NCBI RefSeq assembly: GCF_009914755.1
Contig: NC_060927.1
Reading direction: 5' to 3' (one strand)
Source: the human T2T-CHM13v2.0 reference genome, Homo sapiens
DNA: 64,000 nt
This document shows, in pieces, positions 38,479 through 53,907 of this stretch; positions within the stretch are counted from its first letter, which is position 1; every line of letters begins with the position of its first letter. Below the pieces are notes generated by a model that worked only from the letters and a program-made list of their open reading frames with translations, did no database searches and was not told the DNA's origin. The translations under genes and the position numbers were made by a program.

Positions 38479-39244
38479 TTAGATCTGTTCAGTTTTATCA
38501 CATGTAGAGTTGTATGACTACCGCCATAGTCAAGACACAGAACAGTTTCATCACAAGCTTCCCTGGTGATACCCTTTTATAGCCATGGCCAGCACCTTTC
38601 CTCCTTCTTCTCCCTGATCACTGACAATCAATGTGTTCTTGATCTCTATAATTTTGTCATTACAAGGTGCTGTATAAATGGAATCATATGGTATGTTACC
38701 TTCAGGGATGGGCTTTTTTTTCACTCAACATAATCTCAACCTGGATGGATCTCATTTCCATACAAGTTGTTGTGAATATTAATGGTCCATTCCTTTTATT
38801 GCTGAGTAGCATTCTATGGCATGGATGTACTACAGATTGCTTCACCATTCATCCATTGAGAGACATTTGTGTTGTTTCCAGTTTTGGGCAATTAAGAATG
38901 AAGCTGCTATAACATTCATGTACATGTTTTTTTATGTGAACATATATTTTGTTTTCATTTTTCTAGAGATGACTAATGAGCATATGAAAGGAAGTTTAAC
39001 ATCATTAGCCATTAGAAAAGTACAAATTAAGACAAATGCAAATTAAGACCACAATGATATATCACTACACAGCAAACAGAATGGCTAAAATAAAAAAAAT
39101 GATTACAACAAATGCTGGTGAGAATGGAAAAACTGGATTACATCCATTGCTAGTGGGAATATAAAATGGTACAACCACTTTAAAAAAGAATATCACTGTT
39201 TCTTACAAACCTAAACATGTGCATATCATGTGACCCAGCAATTG
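38258..39244 (-). mobile_element. L1MC1/2-type element with 5' inversion (38967-39244 on +)
   Basis: Antisense L1MC 3'UTR with internal (TG)n to 38966, then sense L1 text (catcattagccattag...gacccagcaattg). Confidence 0.85.
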
Positions 39245-39259
39245 AAGTCTTGATAATTT

Positions 39260-40660
<1,401 letters not shown>

Positions 40661-40699
40661 GGTCTCCTTTGTTATTGTCTATGTTTCATCACTTCTCAG

Positions 40700-41740
40700 G
40701 TCTGCTGTCTCTCAGAAATGTCTAAAGCCACCTTATTCAGCTTGTGAATAGCCTGCATTCTCTCTGACATTATCTTAATTTTCCAGGATATGTCTGGGGT
40801 CTCCTTCTGGTGATTTTTCCTGGTGAGCTCATCTGTCTGTAGGCAGAAACCTTTATCTTTAATTCAGTAACATTTTATTACACTATGTCTTTCATTTCTC
40901 TTCTTTATTTGTGGTACATTCTATTTTAGGAATCTTTATTGTCTGCCTGTGGTTCTTCATTCTCTCTGTTTTCCAAATCTTTCACCTTCTGCCCAATTGT
41001 TTTAATTTCTTTCATATTTGCTTTCTACATTACTGACTTGATGTTCTGAAGCTTCAGTACTACTCTTTCCTCCCTGCAAAGTGGCTTTGTTTCTGCTATA
41101 ACGTTTTTAGTTTCCTTACTATTCTTCCGTTTTGGATAAACCTTCCTTTTCATCTAAACCTGCTTATTTTCCTCTCTTGTGACTTTCTCTCCCTCTGACT
41201 TAGAGGTCATGCCTTCTTGTGCACTCCTGAAAAAGCAAACAGTTTCCTGAATTTTTCTTCTCAATTCTGCAGTATCTCATTTTTAGAGGTATGCTCTTCC
41301 TCTCACACAGTAGAATGGTGTTCCCATTCCTGCAGTAGCTGGTATTTTCCCTATTCTATTTTAAGCAAAATGGACTTTGCTGAGACCCAGTGAGGTTTTA
41401 TAGGCGGGGTTAATAGCTTATTCTAGGACTCCATTTCTGCTCTCTTTCAGGGTGATTTAATTATCTTCTCAGTTTGCACCAGCTGTGGAGGAGATCAATG
41501 TGTGTAGGTCTTAGTTCAATTTCTCATACCTGAAATGCTTTCTCTTGATGTATCTCTGCTCTGCTCAGGTGGCACGGCAGATCTAAAGCATCTGGTTCTT
41601 CAGTTCTTCTGGTCTGATGCAATATGTGAAAAATACAGTTTCCTGCATGCACCACTTCTGGGTCATGACTGTCTTTACCCCCTCTCACAGAGTGCTTTTC
41701 CCATAGGACCACTTCTAGGTTCTCAGAAGGCATTGCACCA
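40700..41740 (-). mobile_element. HAL1/L1ME-like relic
   Basis: aattttccaggatatgtctgg and T-rich text resembling 33750-34600. Confidence 0.4.
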
Positions 41741-42289
41741 TTTCTAGTCCTTGGGTAGCTATGCTGTGTATAGATGTTTTCTGGGCAAGGAAGAGAATGT
41801 AAGTCATGAAGTGAAAACTTTCTTGACTCACAACATAGCCCAGTTCCTCATTGGTAGTAGCCCTGGGTCTCTAAGGCAGGGCAGAAGCTGGACTTTATTA
41901 CCTTTTTCTTCATGCAATCTCTGTTTTAGGCAGTAGAGTTAGGATGAGCATGTACTAAGTCTGGGGAGGTTTTCTCAAACCATCTCTGATGCAGATACCA
42001 CCCATTCTGACACTGGGTTATATGTCAGTATTAAAGATAGGTTGTTGTGAAGTTTCAACATTTTTCTGACACTATAATAAATTTGCTAAAAAATGTGTGA
42101 ATGCTTTGGGGATACCATCCCCATTTTGAGCTAGAAACTTCTTAATATATTGCGTTAAATCATTTATTCATTTATCTGTCTTTTCCTCCACCATTTGTCT
42201 GTGAGGCTTTGAAAGAATTATAATTCACCACTACATCAACAGTGCCTAACACAGTGTCTCATTCATAATATTTGATAGATTTTTAAAAT

Positions 42290-43060
42290 TTATACTGGGA
42301 TGAGATTGCCAAGGGAGAGAAAGTAGAGAGAGAAAAAGGGATCAAGGATAGGCACTGGGCTTTGAGGGACATGATGGCGACAGGAGGAAGAAGATAAGCC
42401 AGGAAGGGAAACAAAGAAGTCACAGTCAGAGAGGCAGGAAGAGAGCAGAGCCGGAAGCACAAGGCTGCACAGGCTGACTGGGCTGGGAAGACAGGTCCAT
42501 GGCATCAGTGTCAGCCAGGTGGCTATGCAGGGTAGTGAGTCAAGTAAACCCGATACCTGGTCAGTCACTGGTGATGGTTAATTTCAGAACCATGATGGAG
42601 ACAACCCCTTCCCTAGTTGGAAGGCTGAGTGGGTTGAGAAAGTGGAAGCAGTTAGGCATAGATTTAAAAACAAAAGGGAAAGAAAAAAAGAGAGCTTGAG
42701 AGAAAATCAGCATGCCGGAAGGTTTTTTGAGTTACTGTTGTTGGAATGGGGAAGATTTGATCAGCTTCATATCTTAAGGGAAGGTGATTGTGACTAGAAA
42801 CAGCAATTTGCCAGACAGAGAAGGGATATTTGAAAAAGCCATTCTGAGTCTAATCTGAAGAGGATAAAATCAGATATGAGGAGAGAAGGGATGGTCTGAA
42901 AATTCCTTGAGAACAAGGGCTGCTTCTTACCAGAACTGGTGAGGGCCCCAAGCAAGGAAAGTGCAGGTGACTTGGATGCAGAAATACTGTGGACTGTGGT
43001 AAAAATATATTCAGGTGAGAAGGAAAGACGGTGAGCTGCTCACTCCTCACCTCCTGCATC
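42290..43060 (-). mobile_element. L2 ORF2-region relic
   Basis: gggatgagattgccaagggagagaaagtagagagag...gtcactggtga... purine-rich antisense L2. Confidence 0.65.
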
Positions 43061-45613
43061 TTAGTAAAGGAGGAAGGATCATCTTCAGAGGAGAAGAAGG
43101 GCTGGGCACAGCCCAGGCTTTATGAAGAAGGAAAAAGAAGGATGAGAGGATTGCCTGGCAGCTCCCAGGCCCAGGCTAGGAGCAGAAGAAGCTTGTAGAC
43201 ATGTTATGGGGCAGTACTACCAGAGAGCCTATAAAGCGTCTTGCCTCAGGTGGCCTTGTGACTCTGTGGTAACATTGACTGGCTTTCTGGGAGGCTAAGG
43301 AAAGCTTTTAAAAGTGGCCTTGATTAAGCCAGGAAGGAGGATCTCCCTTGGACCAAGGTCTGCTCTTTCTCACTTTTCTTGCAGGGTATTGCTCCATACT
43401 TCTGTCTCCAAAGATGTTAAGTACATAGGCTGCAGGCACACAATGCACTCTGTGGAGATGCTCCTTGTCCTGGGTCCTCTGGTCCCCAGGCTGGTACTCA
43501 CCAGACATGGAAAGTAGTTCTCTCACCCCTATGCATCCTGCCCACCTCCTCACTGGAAATTTACTTCTCCAGGAACTAACTTGAATCTTTCAACTAGACT
43601 GGCTTAGCACTGCCAGCTGGATAAGAAAGCTGCATGTGAAAAACCTAGCTTTGAAATGGAAAGATAGCCTGCTGTTGAAAAATGAGGTCTCTCTTAATTA
43701 GAGAATTAATCAATTAATAAATACAGCATCTTTTGACAGACTTCTGTGTGTCAGGTGTTGACACCATAGAGGTGATGAGGCATCATCTCTGCCCATGAGA
43801 AGGGTACATATAGCTCAATACAGGAAACTGACAGAAAGACCTTTAAGAGGGAAAAAAATCATTCCATGGGGGAAATAGTCCATTTAAATGAGAGGCAGAG
43901 GGATAGATTAAGTGACAGCTGAAGCCCTATCCCAAGCAAGTCATTTTATTATAAAACAGGACCTGCAAATTGGCTTTTCTTTTTCGTATTCTTCCTCACC
44001 TTTTCAAACAAATAATTAATCATGCAAAAATAACGCAACACATTCTAGAACTCAATTCCTAGTACTACTCTCCAGAGTACTTGAACCGTGTCCTGGGGTT
44101 GGCATTGTTACAAAAACTCTTGATGAGAATAATGCCTGATATTGTGCAATTGTGTGCAGTTGGCCCGTCTTGCATGGTTCTGTGTATGCACATCAATTAC
44201 ACACATTTGTTATAATTTGCCTTTTTAAAAATCACACCTTCTATTTCACCCCAAGAAGATAAATGGATCCTGCCTCAGTCCCAGTTCCATTGATTTTTTG
44301 TGGTCCTATGGTGAAGCTATTATCAACACTAATCTCAAACCCTGCCAGGAGCCAGGAAGGCCTTAGAATACAGAACACCAATTTCTGCAACTTCCACCTT
44401 ATTTTTCTTTTCATAGACTTTTGTTCTGACTCCCCTCCTCATCTCATTTTCAAATATGATTTGATTATCATCATGTGAGGTCTGTTCAGCTGGCTCGGAG
44501 CAGACACCTTTTCCATGTATCTGGCCTGGAGGAGGAGGGTGTCAGAGGCCTTTCCTGATTGAGTGCTGATCCTCCTTGGGGCAGGGTGTTCTTGCAACTT
44601 TGAAGACTCACTCCATGGCCTCTGTCTCCAGCAGTGTGAAGCATGAACAGCCAGGCGGGGGAGCCTGCACCTTCCATCTTGCAGCTCTCCAAATTACTTT
44701 TCTGGGGAGGAGAGGAAGAAAAGAAGAAATGGGGGATTGGAATCAAGAGGCTACAAGGCATCTGGGAGGTTGCTAACAGTGAGCTCTGTGTTTGAAGATG
44801 GGGTGGCAGTGGCGATGTGTCCAGGGCTTGCAGGGATAAATGTCGGCTGGTCCCCTGCCTCCATCTCCCAGGGCTGTTCTATAGCCTCATGGCTGTCAAA
44901 CACTCCCACCTGCTGCTGGACCCATGACCACACTCAGGACTTTAAAAGATCATATGCCAATTTAAAGTATTGACAAATTTTGAGAAGGTAAAACATTCAG
45001 TTCATTAAAATATTTCCAAAGGGCATATAGCAAAGCCTTCCCTCACCACTAACCCCAGGCCCAATGGCCTCCCAGAGCACCACTCTCACTGGCTTTTGTG
45101 GAGGCTTCCAGGGACAGCCTAGGTGTCGGGCATGCACTCAGTTCTTCCCTTTGCTGCTGCTGCTGCTGCTTCCTTCTTGCCTCCTCTATGTTATCCTTCT
45201 CTTCCTCCTCCTTCTTTCCTCATAATGTATCTTATAGATGATTCCATACCAAGACTCATAAACCTGCCTCATTATAAAGAGTTGCATAGTATCCTCATGT
45301 ATGGATGTACCATAACTTATTTAACTAGTCTCCTATTAATAGTTGTTGTGGTTGTTTTCCATCTTTTTGTCATCAAAAAGAATGCTGTCCAAAAGAACTG
45401 AAAGCAGAGACTTGAACATATCATTTGTACAGCAACATTCACAGCAGCATTATTCACAATAGGCAAAAGGTAGGAACAATCCAACTCTTCATCAAGAGAT
45501 GAATCGATAAACAAAATGTGGTATATATATTGAATGGCATACTATCCAGCCATAAAAATGAATGAAATGTTGATGTATGCTGTAATATGGATGGACCTTG
45601 AAAACAATATTCA

Positions 45614-47460
<1,847 letters not shown>

Positions 47461-47487
47461 TATGATGTTAGCTGGTTATTTTGCTTG

Positions 47488-48540
47488 TTAGTTGATGTAG
47501 TTTCTTCCTAGTCTCGATGGTCTTTTCATTTTGGCATGATTTTGCAGCAGCTGGTACTGGTTGTTCCTTTCCATGTTTAGCGCTTCCTTCAGAAGCTCTT
47601 TTAGGGCAGGCCTGGTGGTGACAAAATCTCTCAGCATTTGCTTGTCTGTAAAGTATTTTATTTCTCCTTCACTTATGAAGCTTAGTTTGGCTGGATATGA
47701 AATTCTGGGTTGAAAATTCTTTTCTTTAAGAATGTTGAATATTGGCCCCCACTCTCTTCTGGCTTGTAGGGTTTCTGCCGAGAGATCTGCTGTTAGTCTG
47801 ATGGTCTTCCCTTTGAGGGTAACCCGACCTTTCTCTCTGGCTGCCCTTAACATTTTTTCCTTCATTTCAACTTTGGTGAATCTGACACTTATGTGTCTTG
47901 GAGTTGCTCTTCTCCAGGAGTATCTTTGTGGCGTTCTCTGTATTTCCTGAATCTGAACGTTGGCCTGCCTTGCTAGATTTGGGAAGTTCTCCTGGATAAT
48001 ATCCTGCAGAGTGTTTTCCAACTTGGTTCCATTCTCCCCATCACTTTCAGGTATACCAATCAGAGGTAGATTTTGTCTTTTCACATAGTCCCATATTTCT
48101 TGGAGGCTTTGCTCGTTTCTTTTTATTCTTTTTTCTCTAAACTTCCCTTCTCGCTTCATTTCATTCATTTCATCTTCCATTACTGATACCCTTTCTTCCA
48201 GTTGATTGCATCGGCTCCTGAGGCTTCTGCATTCTTCACGTAGTTCTCGAGCCTTGGTTTTCAGCTCCATCAGCTCCTTTAAGCACTTCTCTGTATTGGT
48301 TATTCTAGTTATATATTCTTCTAAATTTTTTTCAAAGTTTTCAACTTCTTTGCCTTTGGTTTGAATGTCCTCCCATAGCTCAGAGTAATTTGATCGTCTG
48401 AAGCCTTCTTCTCTCAGCTCATCAAAGTCATTCTCCGTCCAGCTTTGTTCCGTTGCTGGTGAGGAGCTGCGTTCCTTTGCAGGAGGAGAGGCGCTCTGCT
48501 TTTTAGAGTTTCCATTTTTTCTGTTCTGTTTTTTCCCCAT
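47488..48540 (-). CDS. ORF1: LINE-1 ORF1p RNA-binding protein, open, 350 aa (12-aa C-terminal extension)
   Basis: MGKKQNRK...coiled coil...REKG, ARR, YPAKLS...NHAKM then KRPSRLGRNYIN. Confidence 0.93.
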   Translation of the reverse strand: MGKKQNRKNGNSKKQSASPPAKERSSSPATEQSWTENDFDELREEGFRRSNYSELWEDIQTKGKEVENFEKNLEEYITRITNTEKCLKELMELKTKARELREECRSLRSRCNQLEERVSVMEDEMNEMKREGKFREKRIKRNEQSLQEIWDYVKRQNLPLIGIPESDGENGTKLENTLQDIIQENFPNLARQANVQIQEIQRTPQRYSWRRATPRHISVRFTKVEMKEKMLRAAREKGRVTLKGKTIRLTADLSAETLQARREWGPIFNILKEKNFQPRISYPAKLSFISEGEIKYFTDKQMLRDFVTTRPALKELLKEALNMERNNQYQLLQNHAKMKRPSRLGRNYIN

Positions 48541-49445
48541 CTTTGTGGTTTTATCCACTTTTGGTCTTTGATGATGGTGATGTACAGATGGGTTTTTGGT
48601 GTGGATGTCCTTTCTGTTTGTTAGTTTTCCTTCTAACAGACAGGACCCTCAGCTGCAGGTCTGTTGGAGTACCCTGCAGTGTGAAGTGTCAGTGTGCCCC
48701 TGCTGGGGGGTGCCTCCCAGTTAGGCTGGTCAGGGGTCAGGGTCAGGGACCCACTTGAGGAGGCAGTCTGCCCATTCTCAGATCTCTAGCTGCGTGCTGG
48801 GAGAACCACTGCTCTCTTCAAAGCTGTCAGACAGGGACATTTTAGTCTGCAGAGGAGACTGCTGTCTTTTTGTTTGTCTGTGCCCTGCCCCCAGAGGTGG
48901 AGCCTACAGAGGCAGGCAGGCCTCCTTGAGCTGTGGTGGGCTCCACCCAGTTAGAGCTTCCTGGCTGCTTTGTTTACCTAAGCAAGCCTGGGCAATGGTG
49001 GGCGCCCCTCCCCCAGCCTCGCTGCTGCCTTGCAGTTTGATCTCAGACTGCTGTGCTAGCAATCAGCGAGACTCCGTGGGCGTAGGACCCTCCGAGCCAG
49101 GTGCGGGATATAATCTCCTGGTGCGCTGTTTTTTAAGCCCGTCGGAAAAGCGCAGTATTCGGGTGGGAGTGTCCCGATTTTCCAGGTGCCGTCCATCACC
49201 CCTTTCTTTGATTAGGAAAGGGAACTCCCTGACCCCTTGTGCTTCCCGAGTGAGGCAATGCCTTGCCCTGCTTCGGCTCGCGCACGGTGCACGCACCCAC
49301 TGACCTGCGCCCACTGTCTGGCACTCCCTAGTGAGATGAACCCAGTACCTCAGATGGAAATGCAGAAATCACCTGTCTTCTGTGTCGCTCAGGCTGGGAG
49401 CTGTAGACCGGAGCTGTTCCTATTCGGCCATCTTGGCTCCTCCCC
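48541..49445 (-). promoter_or_regulatory. L1 5'UTR with internal sense promoter (YY1 site intact) and antisense promoter region
   Basis: CAAGATGGCC YY1 motif near the 5' end; CpG-rich relative to flanks. Confidence 0.85.
48995..49303 (+). CDS. ORF0: LINE-1 antisense ORF0-like reading frame, 102 aa
   Basis: MVGAPPPASLLPCSLISDCCASNQRDSVGVGPSEPGAGYNL matches primate ORF0p; ATG context gcaATGg. Confidence 0.75.
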   Translation: MVGAPPPASLLPCSLISDCCASNQRDSVGVGPSEPGAGYNLLVRCFLSPSEKRSIRVGVSRFSRCRPSPLSLIRKGNSLTPCASRVRQCLALLRLAHGARTH

Positions 49446-50013
49446 ACATCTGATGGTTTTATAGGCATCTGGTATTTCTCCTGCTCACTCTTCTCTCTCC
49501 TGCCAACTTTTGAAGAAGGTCCTTGCTTCCCCTTCACCTTCCGCCATGATTGTAAGTTTCCTGAGGCCTCCCCAGCCATGTGGAACTGTGAGTCAATTAA
49601 ACCTCTTTCCTTTATAAATTAACCAGTCTTAGGTATTTCTGTACAGCAGTGTAAGAACGGACTAATACAAGTACTAAGTGAAAGAAGCCAGACACAGAAG
49701 GACAAATATTGTATGATTCCACTTATATGGGGAAGAAGAGGCAAATTCATAGAGACAGAAAGTAGAACAGAGGTTACTACGGGCAGATGGGGAGTTATTG
49801 TTTAATGAGTACAGAATTTCGTGTTGGGGATGATGAAAATGTTCTGGATATAGATAGTGGTGGTGGTGATATAATATTGTGAATGGATTTAATGCAACTA
49901 AGTTATATTCTTACAAATGGTTAAAATGATAAATATTTAGTTACAGTATTTTGCACCATAAAAATGACAATAAAAGATTGAAATGTTTTGCCAAAGCCTA
50001 AGAAAGAGAATGA

Positions 50014-50130
50014 TGCAAAGTAGCATATACCTGTAATCCTAGCTACTTGGGAGGCTGAGAGAGGAAGATTGCTTAACCCCAAAAGTTCAAGTGCAGTCTG
50101 GGCAACATAGTGAGACACTGTTTCTAAAAA
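50014..50130 (+). mobile_element. FLAM Alu monomer
   Basis: cctgtaatcctagctacttgggaggctgag...ctgggcaacatagtgagacactgtttctaaaaa; agagaatga on both flanks. Confidence 0.85.
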
Positions 50131-51689
50131 GAGAGAGAATGAGAGGAGAATGCTGCAGTGAACATCCTTGTACAATAGAGTGCTCTGTAGGAATCCAAAT
50201 ATATCTATACGGTACATTCCCAGAAATGGGGTTACAAAGTGGGAAAGTGTATGCATTTTAAATTTTGATATATGATGCCAAGTTTTTTTTTTTCAAAATA
50301 TTGTGCTAGATAATGCTCGAACCCATGAAGTATGAGGGTTGACCATTAGCTAGTATCAAATATTTTGATCTTTGCCACCCCGACAGCTGAAACATGGTAC
50401 CCTTGTAGATTTAACTTGCATTTCTCTTCTGGGCTTATGCTATGTGAATGGAGGTGAGACCCAATGGATCAGGAGTCACTTTGGTTCCAGATCAAGGCAG
50501 AAACAGGTCAGGAGCAGCCTAGAGGCAAAAGGAAGGCTGGCTGCCTGGGATATGAAAGATCTGATTTAGTCTACCTCCTTTTCAGTTTCCCACTACCTGC
50601 CTCAACTTTATCATGTGATTCATAGGACCATGGAATAGCACCTTGAAAGAGGACCTGAGGGTCCCAGCTGCCTAACGCAGTAGCAATTCTCTAGACACTC
50701 CCTTACCTCCCTTGCAGAGCCTGGGTACACAGCTAATGACAGGAAGTTCACTTTTTTTCTGATTGTTGGAAAGATTGTTTCATCAAATGCACCTTCTGGT
50801 GGTCTCCAGCCCCTAATCTTAGACTTTCTGAAGAACCAGACACTCTTCTGTTAGTAGTTCTTAGGCCAATTACCTGCAAAAATAAAGCCCGAAATAATGG
50901 CAAGTGGATTCATGAATAAATGAATGATGTGCAAACTCCAGTCACTGTTGTTCGTATTATCTTGTGGCTTCCATAACAATACAGAACTCTTTGGAAGGGA
51001 TGTCCTTAATTCAGAGGATAGTGAGTGGGCCTTTTCTGGGATGCAGACTCACCCTAGGTCATGGCAGGAAGTGCATATTCACCTGCACACCTCCATCTCC
51101 TTCACATATTGTGCTGCAAAGCCAAGGCTCCCGATTTATAATTTACATTTGTCCTGTATAAAGAGCACCTTCTCTTGGCTTCAATCCAGAATTTCAATCC
51201 CCACGTGATCAGTCTGAATCTTAACTCCCCAGCATTTTAGTCATTCTTCCAGCTTTCTGTCACTTCCTGATTTGATATACATCTTGTTAAATACTTTTCC
51301 TCTACTTCATGGATTAAGCTGTTGATCAGGTCAGGACGAAGGGCAGCACCAGGCGATGACATCCCATTTCTCAGGGATGACGGGACACAGTTATTTAACA
51401 GAATTATTACTAAGGGGATGGCCGAGGCCCCAGCCAGCCTTCACATCCGTGACAAAATCATGAGGGGAGGCTCAAATGCTCTGCTGAAATCAGGACAACT
51501 GAGATTGTGGGAGGAGGCAGGGGACAAAACAGGAAAGCTACTATTGGCGCCTGAGCTCTAACTACCAAGGAAGAACTAGATGGTTAACTAGATGGGGGCA
51601 TGCAGGGCAAAGCATCAGCTTGGTACATGGAACAGAAAGAAGAGAGGAGGCTGGTTGCATTCAGACACGTAGATAGAATTAAGGAATAA

Positions 51690-51915
51690 TCATAACAAAC
51701 ATATACATAGTGCTTACTATGTGTCCTATGCACACTTACAATGTGAACTCATTTGATTCCCAAGCATTCCTATAAGGCAAATATCATTATTATCCCCATT
51801 TTACAGATGAGGATGCTGAAGCACAGAGAAAGGTTAAATAGTTTCCCTGAGTCATGCTACTGGGGTTTAAACCTAAACAGGCTGGCTACAGAGTGTGTTC
51901 TTAAGCATTTCACTC
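51690..51915 (-). mobile_element. MIR SINE
   Basis: attatccccattttacagatgaggatgctgaagcacagaga core. Confidence 0.9.
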
Positions 51916-52594
51916 TATGGCCTTGAAAAGCTCAGCCTCCATGATATTATCAAATGAATTTCAAAGAATGCACTGGCATGTTCAGCCAGCACACTCTTTG
52001 AAAGTGGATTTGAAACACGCTAGGGATTCTAGTTCCCAGGGCAGTTTCTTTAGGACCAGCAGTCCCTTGTGGAATCTTCTCTCAGCAAAATGGGAGAGGT
52101 GAAAATTGCTGCTATGAGGAGCAGTTAAATAATCTGTCTCAAAGGGTGTCTCGTTGTGCTCTGAATGTGTAAATGGCATTTCCTAGTTGAGTGGAAATGG
52201 CATGGGGCCATCCGAGAGAAGAGCTGGATCCAGGGAAGGCTTGACCACCACCTAGCACCTTGGCCTTTATTTGCTCCATCTTTGGAAAGATGAGGCTGAC
52301 CCAAGGACAACTTCAGTGTAGTTATTTTACTTAAGAAAGAGTTCAGTGTGTCTTGAGATGGAGGAACACAACTCACATGTCTGGGTGTTAGAAAGATTGA
52401 GTGCATTCAGTGCGGCCAGGCCCTTCACTGGGCAGGTGTGGTCACAGGGGCATGGACTTATGGATCCCATCCTACTCTGTTGCAGAGTCCCAGGGCCATG
52501 GGTTGCCTGGAAGGAAAGGAACAGCATAAACCCCCATCCCTCCTTGTCTGACTGGGAGGAATATGGATGCAGGAGCAGATGTGAGGGTAGTGAT

Positions 52595-52812
52595 TAGAAA
52601 CCCTGGCTGCAATGAAAGCCACCAGGAAAGGTTTGAGGCCCTCTGATGCCTGGCCCATCTCCAGAGTTGGATTCAGTTCCCTCTGACTCACCTGACAGCG
52701 GCTGAAGTCTACAGGCCCCAGAGCCATGAGGAGGACAGGGCCTGGGCTTTAATATTTTTACTAACGTTCCCTGGGTGATTCTGATAACCACCAAAATTTA
52801 AGAACCATTGGT
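52595..52812. mobile_element. MER5-type hAT MITE relic
   Basis: ccctgggtgattctgat...aaaatttaagaaccattg terminus. Confidence 0.5.
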
Positions 52813-53907
52813 CTGGGGTCTGGCTCAGAAAGTCATGTATTAAAGGGCCTGGGTGTCTTATTATGCAGCTCAGCTACTATAATTTGGGGGCTTTCCTGTA
52901 TCTGTAGATGATGTATCCTGTATCTTTGAGATGCAGAAAACAGAAAAGTACAGAGAAAGAAAGGCAGGCCTTGGTGAGCCCAAGCAGGGGCAAAAAATAC
53001 CAAGCTTCTCCCACTGCCAAAGCTGCAGGCACTGAGCCTGAGGGCCCCCAGGCCCTGGAGAGACAGAGGGTTTGCAACTACCTGAGAAGCTTCCTAACAG
53101 AAGGCATTGCTAAGATTTTCTAACATCCTAATGCAGAAGCAGTGTTTAGTGATGGGGAGCAGGTCACATTTTAGGCAGCTTATCACCCAATTTGCCTTCT
53201 TTTAACCTAGTTTTAATTACCTTTTACTTCAAATTTATGGAATCTGAGTACTACTTAGAGCATTATTTAAATCTGTTCTGTTATGTAAAATAAAAACGTT
53301 TCTGATTATGCTTTTAAAGAACTTTTTTGTGTGAAAATAGTAGACGCTATTATTTGCTTTTTAAATCAAGTAATGTACAAAAGTACAAATTTTAAAATGA
53401 CAAAAAACAATTACTTCAAATTCCACCATCCAGAGGAAATCATTAACATTTGGTGCTGCACAGCTATCCCTCTGATAGAATGATAGCTAATTAGGTGAAT
53501 TCAAACACATTTACAAAAATAGAAAATTACTGTATATCTTTTTTAAAATTAAAAGCAATATAATTTGATTTGAATTTAATAGATTAAAAAATTAAAATGA
53601 AAGTGCAAAAATTGCTAAAGTTCAAAAATGTTTTTCTTCATTACAAGTTATTTTAATTTCTGTAAAGTTTTTTGGGTAGAGTAAAGATGAGATTTATTCA
53701 CATTTTAAAAATTTCACAGTATCCCTTGATTTCCTACTTCCTCTCCTTCCCTCATCCCCCTACTCTGGATTTCTTATGTTACTACTTTTACATTGATGAG
53801 ATGTGTAGCTGTTACATTCTGTTCTCTGCCATAATACACAGGCATTTTTTTTCTTATCCACTCAGCTGCCATTGCCTGTTCTTCCACTATGGTTTCTTTG
53901 TCCTAGA

